A DNA stretch of 32,000 bases from Candidatus Saccharimonadota bacterium. Its GTDB lineage: Archaea > Micrarchaeota > Micrarchaeia > Micrarchaeales > Micrarchaeaceae. The notes under the pieces are model-generated. The model was not told where the DNA came from, ran no database searches, and worked only from the letters and a program-made list of their open reading frames with translations. Position numbers and translations under genes: made by a program. Positions 25,725 to 32,000 of the stretch are shown piece after piece. The stretch lies in NCBI GenBank assembly GCA_963705375.1, contig OY970071.1, positions 480,001 through 512,000 of the forward strand. Direction: 5' to 3'. How positions within the stretch are numbered: position 1 is the stretch's first letter; every line of letters starts with the position of its first letter.

Positions 25725-26642
25725 ATGCCTGCTAACAAGAAGCAGTATGTGTGGATGGACGGGAAGCTAACCGAAGAGAAGAATGTGAGGGTGCCGATAC
25801 TTACGCATTCTCTGCAATACGGCAGCGGGATTTTCGAGGGCATTCGTGCCTATGAAACAGAAAGAGGCGCAGCGATATTCAGGCTCTCAGATCATGTGAA
25901 AAGATTCCTGAAGACGGCAAAAGTGTACTCAATGGACGTGGGCTATACCGCAGACGAGATATCTGACGCGATAGTCTCGGTGGTGAAGAAGAATGAACTT
26001 ACGTCGTGCTACATACGGCCGTTCGCATTCTACAACGATGCAAGCATAGGAATAAGCCCGTTCGGAAAGAAGATAAGCATGTTCGTTGCAGCCCTGCCTT
26101 TCGGCGCTTATTACGGCAAAGGAGTCGAGACGGGCATAAGGTGCAAGGTCTCATCATGGCACAGAATAAATTCGCAGATACTGCCACCAGAGGCCAAAGC
26201 GAGCGGCAACTACATAAACTCGATACTCGCGACCGTCGAAGCGAAGCACTCCGGCTTTGAGGAAGCAATACTCATGTCATCGTCAGGATACATCGCAGAA
26301 GGCCCTGGCGAGAACATATTCCTTGTCGAAGACAACAAGCTGATAACCCCGCCAAAAGAAGCAGACATACTGCTCGGAATAACCAGAGACTCGATAATAA
26401 AGATTGCGGAAGTGATGGGCATACAGGTTGAAGAGAGAAATGTGCACAGAGAAGAGCTCTACACCTGCGACGAAGTGTTCTTCACAGGCACCGCGGCAGA
26501 AATAACGCCGGTCACGGACGTTGACGGCACAAAGGTCGGCAACGGCAAGGTCGGCATCGTAACACGTTCGCTTGCGAGCACCTATTCAGACATAGTCCAC
26601 GGCAAGAACAGCGACTTCGCGAACTGGCTCACGTTTGTGTGA
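25725..26642 (+). CDS. ilvE: Branched-chain amino acid aminotransferase
   Basis: GIFEGIRAY, EGPGENIFLV, LGITRDSIIKIA and DEVFFTGTAAEITPV. I preferred the ATG at 25725 over the TTG at 25677. Confidence 0.85.
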   Translation: MPANKKQYVWMDGKLTEEKNVRVPILTHSLQYGSGIFEGIRAYETERGAAIFRLSDHVKRFLKTAKVYSMDVGYTADEISDAIVSVVKKNELTSCYIRPFAFYNDASIGISPFGKKISMFVAALPFGAYYGKGVETGIRCKVSSWHRINSQILPPEAKASGNYINSILATVEAKHSGFEEAILMSSSGYIAEGPGENIFLVEDNKLITPPKEADILLGITRDSIIKIAEVMGIQVEERNVHREELYTCDEVFFTGTAAEITPVTDVDGTKVGNGKVGIVTRSLASTYSDIVHGKNSDFANWLTFV

Positions 26643-26721
26643 GCGACGCAAAATACATCAGAGTCCGGACGGTAGTCTGCAGGCAACACATCTTCAAACA
26701 GAACGCTGCCCGCCGCAAATG

Positions 26722-28407
26722 CTATCGCGAATGTGGCTTTGGAAATAGAGAGTATATCGTGAAATTTGCTGCTGTAGAATCAAATGTATCGTTTGTACCT
26801 TTGTCTGTGACTATTGCTTTGTACGAGAAGACGTTGCCGGTTGTGGGCGAGCTTACTGCGAGATTTTTTGAGAGCAAGATTCCTGTTTGCTGGCTTATAA
26901 TGGTGTTGACTACCGAGCTGCTTCCGCCAGTAACGTTGATAAAGTTGATAGTGAACGGGCCTATGCCTCCGCTGAGCTGTATGTTGAGAGTTTGAGTCTG
27001 CCCCGATACGATTTCCGGATCGCTGACCGAAAGCGTTGCCGTCGGAACCGCCCTAGCAGTGTACGTTGTTGATGTAGATTTTGTTAAGAAATCAATTGGT
27101 GCGTAATAAACAGCCGTGTTGTTCGCTTTTGAATTAGTTCCCCCAACACAATAGATGTCGTTGGCTGCCTCGAAACAGCCGGCATAAGCTGTGCCGAATG
27201 GGAACGTAGTTGTCTGAGTCCAGGATGCAAGACCTTGTGGAGTCATTTGCGAGAACAAAACAATACCTAGAGGCACTCCTGCCGTGTTATAGTCACCTAT
27301 AGCGAAACCGTAATCGGCAGTGGAGTTTGAGACGCGACCTGTGTGAGAAGCTTTGACAGGATAACTAGTGGTCTGTGTCCACTTTCCGATTCCAGACGAA
27401 GAAATCGGAGCGTAGTAAGAAACCTGCTGTTCTCCTTTATTGTTGATTCCTGTGGTGCAATATATGTTGTTATCGAACAGAAAACAATCAAAGCTTCTTA
27501 TCGGGAGAGGGTAGCTTGAGGTCTGTGTCCACTTTCCGATTCCAGACGAAGAAATCGGAGCGTAGTATGCTTTGTTTGTGGTGTTGTCGCCAGTGGTTAA
27601 TTTTCCACCCACACAGTAAATGTAGGTGCCGTTGACTATGCATTGCTGTTTGTAAATATTTATAGGGTATGCCGTCGTAGGCACCCACTTACCGATACCG
27701 TTAGCGGAAATGGGCGCATAGAATGCATCGGAAGTAACAAGGGTGTTTGCATGGTTTCCACCTATGCAAAAAATATATCCCGCATATATATTGCAGCTTG
27801 TACCTAAGGCATAAGCCTTGTATGTGTGCTTTGCGCTGACCGGATAGCTGGTGGCGTTTATCCAGTTTCCAACAATTCCAGAAGAAGAGAAACGTGCATA
27901 AAAGGTATTGTTTATAGTGTTTGCCGATTCTCCTACACAGTATACGTAACTGTTGTTCGGGGCACAACTGAGTGCACCTTGTCCGAACACGCCGTGACCT
28001 GGGGCATTTTCTGTCGCAACCCAATCACCTATGCCTAGCAGCTTGATTACCGTCACATTAACGGCAAATGTCCCTGTGCCCCATGAATGGCGCTGGTTGA
28101 ATGAAAATGTGTCGGACATTGAATTTACTGCCATGAGTGTGTTATTACTGACAATTCCAAGAGTATTTGATATTGAAAAGCGGTAAGAGAGTGGCGGCTT
28201 TCCTCCAAGCGCGTTTGCGGTCAGGACTTGAATTTGATCGTTGTCTATGATCACGCTATTGCTGACAGCGACATTAACAGATTGCAATTTGTTACATTGT
28301 GCAGTGCGCGTATCGGTCATTGAAGCATTGGCACCTACCGGTGCAGCCGCAAAGGCGGTTATTGATAGAAGTAGCAGTAGAAATGGCAGTAATGTGAGCC
28401 TAACCAT
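26722..28407 (-). CDS. Secreted surface protein with a signal peptide, an N-terminal PKD/Ig-like domain, a Kelch-like beta-propeller and a C-terminal PKD/Ig-like domain
   Basis: MVRLTLLPFLLLLLSITAFAAAPVGANA is a signal peptide. About six repeats of (F/Y)YAPIS..GIGKW..T..YP....C.....IYC.GG form the propeller. GGKPPLSY and GGIGPFTI are PKD-like motifs. I count 13 N-x-S/T sequons. Confidence 0.65.
   Translation of the reverse strand: MVRLTLLPFLLLLLSITAFAAAPVGANASMTDTRTAQCNKLQSVNVAVSNSVIIDNDQIQVLTANALGGKPPLSYRFSISNTLGIVSNNTLMAVNSMSDTFSFNQRHSWGTGTFAVNVTVIKLLGIGDWVATENAPGHGVFGQGALSCAPNNSYVYCVGESANTINNTFYARFSSSGIVGNWINATSYPVSAKHTYKAYALGTSCNIYAGYIFCIGGNHANTLVTSDAFYAPISANGIGKWVPTTAYPINIYKQQCIVNGTYIYCVGGKLTTGDNTTNKAYYAPISSSGIGKWTQTSSYPLPIRSFDCFLFDNNIYCTTGINNKGEQQVSYYAPISSSGIGKWTQTTSYPVKASHTGRVSNSTADYGFAIGDYNTAGVPLGIVLFSQMTPQGLASWTQTTTFPFGTAYAGCFEAANDIYCVGGTNSKANNTAVYYAPIDFLTKSTSTTYTARAVPTATLSVSDPEIVSGQTQTLNIQLSGGIGPFTINFINVTGGSSSVVNTIISQQTGILLSKNLAVSSPTTGNVFSYKAIVTDKGTNDTFDSTAANFTIYSLFPKPHSR
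27370..27567. repeat. Perfect 48-bp direct repeat, 150-bp period, inside the Kelch-repeat gene
   Basis: GGTCTGTGTCCACTTTCCGATTCCAGACGAAGAAATCGGAGCGTAGTA occurs at 27370-27417 and again at 27520-27567. It encodes YYAPISSSGIGKWTQT in two adjacent blades. Confidence 0.9.
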
Positions 28408-28413
28408 AGAGTA

Positions 28414-28779
28414 TCACAGCAGCTTGAGCGTCGAAGTGAACTGGTCTATTTCTGCGCTAGTCCACGGACCTACACCAAGCGCGGTGACGGTCCCGGGAGG
28501 AAGCGCGGTGAGACCCGCATCGGTCACAAGAGCGCATGGGACTTTCTTGTACTTGAACGCCTTGAACAGCTTCTCCAAATCGCTCAGATCGCGCACCTTC
28601 AGGACTATCTTCTTCTCGCCGGTGTCGAGCCATTGCTTTGCGATCGTTTTGTCTGCCTTCTCAGCCTCGAAGTAACTCATCAGGGAAGCATGAGCACCCT
28701 GGGCAACGGTCTTGCCAGTGCCCATGTCCAGATCGGCGCGGACTATAATCACTTGCTTTATCTCGTCCTTTGTCTGCAC
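28414..28779 (-). CDS. pth2: Peptidyl-tRNA hydrolase, archaeal Pth2 type
   Basis: KQVIIVRADLDMGTGKTVAQGAHAS and VTDAGLTALPPGTVTALGVGP. A GTG start at 28779 gives 121 aa and lies 27 nt downstream of a minus-strand TATAAAA (28803-28809). The track's TTG at 28869 would add 30 atypical residues. Confidence 0.75.
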   Translation of the reverse strand: MQTKDEIKQVIIVRADLDMGTGKTVAQGAHASLMSYFEAEKADKTIAKQWLDTGEKKIVLKVRDLSDLEKLFKAFKYKKVPCALVTDAGLTALPPGTVTALGVGPWTSAEIDQFTSTLKLL

Positions 28780-28916
28780 AATATAGGCATGGCAGTCTGT
28801 GTTTTTATAGAATGCGGTGATGATGGGCACGTTGATTTTCAACAGGCTTTTGCAGTATTCCCATAGCAAAAGGCTCTAATAATTCATATTCTATATTCAC
28901 GTGCAGAGGTGCTCGC

Positions 28917-30065
28917 TTGCTCGACAACAAATCCGCACTCTTCGTAAGCGGCCTGCTGAAGCAGTACTACGCGAGAGCGACAGGCATCGCTCCGAAGAAC
29001 ATAGCGAACAGGGAGTTTGGATTCGGCGATTTTGAGAAGAAGATAGCATTCAGGCATTATGCGTTTGGCAGTGAGAGCGATCTGAAGAGCTATCTGGTCA
29101 GGAACGCGCCACCCTATGTCTCTTATTCTGGCGCAGAATACCAGAAACCCGATGGCAGACCGATGGAGAGCAAGGGCCTGCTCGGCTCAGAGCTTGTATT
29201 CGACCTTGACTCCAGCGACATAAAGCTTGAGTGCAAGAAAGAGCACAACGATAATTGGATCTGCGAGAAGTGCCTTGAAGCGGTGAAAGGCCAGACCATC
29301 AAGCTCATAGAGGATTTCCTCGTACCCGATTTCGGATTCTCCGAGAAAGAGATGGAGATAAACTTCAGCGGGAACAGGGGCTACCACGTGCACATATCAA
29401 GCGACATGGTGTACGGTCTCGATTCTGATGAAAGGAAGGCGATAGCCAATTACATTGCAGGCAAAGGAATAGAGCTCAGCACATTCTTTCCGGCACTAGG
29501 CGTTCGCGGCGTGAGGCTTGACGGCCCGAAACCTACAGATGCCGGTTGGGGGGGCAAGCTGGCGAACGTGGTGATAGCCGCACTGAACAAAGGACCAGAT
29601 GCGCTGATCGGGTTAGGGATAGAAAAAAGATACGCTAACATGCTGTACAAGAACAGGGTCGAGGTCATACTCGGAATAACCACAGGCAACTGGGACAAGG
29701 TGCGCATACCTAACAAGGCGCAGTTCTGGAGCAACGTACTAGGAAGTATAGCCATAGCGCAGAGCAGTTCGATAGACAGGAACGTGACCAGCGACGTGCA
29801 CCATCTGATAAGGCTGCCCAGCACGATACACGGCGATACCGGACTTGTGGCAAAGAAGATAAGTTCGTTTAGCGCTCTTAACGGCTTTGACCCTATGAAA
29901 GAGGCAATAGTGTTCAGTGGCAGCACGGTAAGAGTTGCGACACAGAAAGTCCCAGCATTCTCAATGGGTGGAGCGCAGCTAGGGCCTTATGAAAATGAAA
30001 AACCAGAACTGCCGGCGTATGCCGCGGCGTACTTGATAATGAAGCGGCTTGCGACGCTGCTGTGA
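28917..30065 (+). CDS. priS: DNA primase small (catalytic) subunit PriS
   Basis: ELVFDLDSSD, FSGNRGYHVHI and LIRLPSTIHGDTG catalytic motifs. The TTG start is preceded by GAGGTG (28905-28910) with a 6-nt spacer. Confidence 0.8.
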   Translation: MLDNKSALFVSGLLKQYYARATGIAPKNIANREFGFGDFEKKIAFRHYAFGSESDLKSYLVRNAPPYVSYSGAEYQKPDGRPMESKGLLGSELVFDLDSSDIKLECKKEHNDNWICEKCLEAVKGQTIKLIEDFLVPDFGFSEKEMEINFSGNRGYHVHISSDMVYGLDSDERKAIANYIAGKGIELSTFFPALGVRGVRLDGPKPTDAGWGGKLANVVIAALNKGPDALIGLGIEKRYANMLYKNRVEVILGITTGNWDKVRIPNKAQFWSNVLGSIAIAQSSSIDRNVTSDVHHLIRLPSTIHGDTGLVAKKISSFSALNGFDPMKEAIVFSGSTVRVATQKVPAFSMGGAQLGPYENEKPELPAYAAAYLIMKRLATLL

Positions 30066-30072
30066 AAGGGAC
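30030..30072 (+). repeat. Copy A of the duplicated priS 3' terminus (the functional one)
   Basis: aag cgg ctt gcg acg ctg ctg tga (30042-30065) matches 30745-30768 at 22 of 24 nt. Confidence 0.85.
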
Positions 30073-30082
30073 ATACGACATT

Positions 30083-30115
30083 CCAGACAGCCAATCTGGT
30101 TTTCTTAGTTTTATT
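30083..30115. terminator. Hairpin plus T-rich tract between convergent priS and the 173-aa ORF
   Basis: CCAGA-cagccaa-TCTGG (30083-30099) followed by TTTTCTTAGTTTTATT. Confidence 0.4.
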
Positions 30116-30152
30116 ATGGAGTTCGTCCATTTTGGGGCGTTGTGGCACTATT

Positions 30153-30674
30153 CTACCCTCCCATAATATAGAATTCAGCCATACGAGCGCCAACTATCGT
30201 GAGCGTTGTCTCGGCAAACTCTTTGAACCGCCCATCCTTCTTGGCTTGCGTAATTTGTTCCTTAAACGCTTCATACCTTACTTTCACTGCATCTTCCACG
30301 TCTTTAGAAGTACCCAGACCTGCCCGAGTGGCAGCTTTGCACATATTATCGAGCGCCCTACCCATTTCCGCACGCATTTTGATATTCGGTGCATCAAGGA
30401 GCGTCAGCAGAATAGCTTCACCCCAATAATCATTTGCGACACCACGTAAAAGAATTTTTTTGGCGTCACCTTCAAATTTCGAACTAAGACCCATCATGTC
30501 GTCTGCAGCCGTCTTGAGCGCATCGGCAATGACATTGATGCGTTCTTCCAGCTTGAATGTTCCGAACGCAGCCACAGTAGCATCAGACATTGTGCTTGTG
30601 CTCTGTGCATTTCGGCCAGTGGAGGGATTCGTCTGACTCTCAGGCTCCGCAGCGACTGCAGATTTTGGATGCAT
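30153..30674 (-). CDS. Hypothetical protein, predicted all-helical with a low-complexity N-terminus; no family recognised
   Basis: Clean 173-codon ORF with an AT-rich putative promoter (AAGTAATAAAT, minus strand) about 30-40 nt upstream. An internal ATG (MSDATVAAF) is an alternative start. Confidence 0.4.
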   Translation of the reverse strand: MHPKSAVAAEPESQTNPSTGRNAQSTSTMSDATVAAFGTFKLEERINVIADALKTAADDMMGLSSKFEGDAKKILLRGVANDYWGEAILLTLLDAPNIKMRAEMGRALDNMCKAATRAGLGTSKDVEDAVKVRYEAFKEQITQAKKDGRFKEFAETTLTIVGARMAEFYIMGG

Positions 30675-30732
30675 ATGATCACATTAAGGTTTGTTGAGCA
30701 GAAGATTTATTACTTTCTAGCAGGAAAATATT

Positions 30733-30776
30733 TATCAGCTACTGAAGAGGCTTGCGACGCTGCTATGAAAAGAGAC
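30733..30776 (+). repeat. Copy B of the priS 3' terminus (untranslated relic), followed by a 12-bp palindrome
   Basis: tat cag cta ctg aag agg ctt gcg acg ctg cta tga reads YQLLKRLATLL-stop, against YLIMKRLATLL-stop at the real priS end. GTGAGGCCTCAC follows a few nt downstream. Confidence 0.8.
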
Positions 30777-30888
30777 GAGTGAGGCCTCACACATTTCAAA
30801 AGATTGCCGGCGAAACGCTCACTTTTCTGGGATCGACGTGCCAAAAGACAAGCTTTTTATTCTGCTGGTCTTCATACTATTGAGAATG

Positions 30889-32000
30889 CATGGGAGAAAG
30901 GATTCTTGTACTGGATGTCGATTCCGACAATGACCTCTATAAGAAGGCGAAAATAGCAGGCCCTGTGATCGGCAGAGGAGAGAACCTTAGGGCAGCTTCA
31001 AAGCTTGCGCTTGCTGACCCGCAAGACCCTGATGCTAACGCGATGTTCGAGGCCGTGCGCAAGTATGACGAGCTTAAGAAGAAAGGCTATTCTGTTTCAG
31101 TCGCAACAATAACCGGAGCAGAAAAGGAGGGCTATGTTGCGGACAGGGAGCTCTCAAGGCAGATAGATACGGTGATCGACAGGCTGAAGAGCGATGTCTG
31201 TGTGCTTGTGACGGACGGCACCAGCGACTCGAGAGTAGTGCCGCTGCTCAAGAACAGGATAAAGCTAAACAGCGTAGACCTGGTGCGCATGAAGCAGGCA
31301 GAGCAATTGGAGAACACATACTTCACCGTGCTTGAAAAACTCAAGGAGCCGCACTACGCGAGGATCGTGTTCGGCATACCTGCGATTCTCCTTTTGCTAT
31401 TCGCACTTAGCTATTACCTGAAACTAGGATGGGAGTTTCCAGTGGCGCTCATCGGCATATACTTGATATTCCAAGGCTTCGGCCTGATGGACGCGCTGTC
31501 TGAGTCGTTCAGAGGCCTCGGGTTCAGCGTGGAGAGGCTCAGCTTCGTGTTCTATGTCGGAGCGATGCTGTTCTTCGTTATCAGCCTTATTGTGGCTTAC
31601 GGGTCGTACGCCAATGCGGCAGCAACCACTACGAACGGGCTGGTCACCGGCGCAAGCTTTGTGGAAGGATTCCTGATACTGTTCCCTGTGAGCCTTGTGC
31701 TCTACCTTGTCGGCAGGGTCATAGACCTGCGCAACAAACGCATGCGATACAGAGCCATAACACAAGGAGCCTACATAGGCTACACGATAGTCGCTGTTGC
31801 GCTCATGGGCCTGGCATCAGCATGGATAGTCGGCCAGTTGTACTTCTGGGAATTCCTGCTCTTCGGAGCGGCAGGAATAGCGGCAGGCTACGGCGTCTCT
31901 GCTTTCAGCACGTTCCTGCGCGTGAGCGCACTGAGGAAAGCGAAGATGAAGGACAAAGCAGTCATCAACGAGATAGGCGCGCGCATAGGCAAGATAACGA
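30889..32000 (+). CDS. DUF373-family archaeal membrane protein, 3' end outside the window
   Basis: Hand translation from the ATG at 30889 gives MGERILVLDVDSDNDLYKKAKIAGPVIGRGENLRAASKLALADPQDPDANAMFEAV..., followed by several transmembrane segments. The frame stays open to the window end and the ORF is not in the track. Confidence 0.6.

Noticed and set aside
31424-31765. 113-aa minus-strand ORF near the window end
   Set aside because: It is antisense to the open-ended DUF373 membrane-protein frame, which has a convincing conserved N-terminal domain and transmembrane segments.
1-32000. tRNA, rRNA, C/D-box sRNA, transposase/IS or integrase genes
   Set aside because: I scanned all intergenic regions longer than 100 bp by eye. 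I found no cloverleaf-compatible sequence, no RUGAUGA/CUGA box pairs, no terminal inverted repeats and no recombinase-like ORF. A covariance-model scan would be needed to exclude small RNAs definitively.

Overview
Archaeal chromosomal segment. The evidence is an archaeal-type AlaRS, primase small subunit PriS, Pelota, Pth2, CDP-archaeol synthase and a DUF373 membrane protein. TATA-like boxes sit about 27 nt upstream of many start codons, which implies leaderless mRNAs, and a few genes have GAGGTG Shine-Dalgarno sites. I found no rRNA, tRNA, CRISPR array, transposase or integrase.

The left ~14 kb is a mosaic surface-glycan island:
- a dTDP-rhamnose module (partial rmlD, rmlA, rmlC)
- a SAM methyltransferase
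- four GT2-type glycosyltransferases
- a B12-binding radical SAM enzyme with a translationally coupled 72-codon upstream ORF
- a CDP-3,6-dideoxyhexose module (rfbF, rfbG, an SDR, and rfbH carrying the E1 Fe-S and His hallmarks)

A split transketolase pair is embedded in the overlapping rfbF-to-GT2 operon, and its C-terminal subunit has a 1-nt frameshift. This ThDP-containing CDP-sugar operon is my best candidate for an undescribed system.

The right ~18 kb is mostly housekeeping:
- fused-permease ABC transporter
- carS, alaS and a Cas4/Exo5-like nuclease
- DedA, pelota, a wHTH regulator, an MGMT-domain protein, ilvE, pth2, priS and DUF373

Four things in the right half deserve a second look:
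- a radical SAM (SPASM-like region without its Cys) coupled to a Dpm1-like GT2
- a secreted PKD/Kelch protein with a perfect 48-bp intragenic repeat
- a 703-bp single-gene cassette flanked by a duplicated priS 3' end
- a strong GC hairpin between convergent genes

All functional calls come from reading motifs in the translations. No database search was run.
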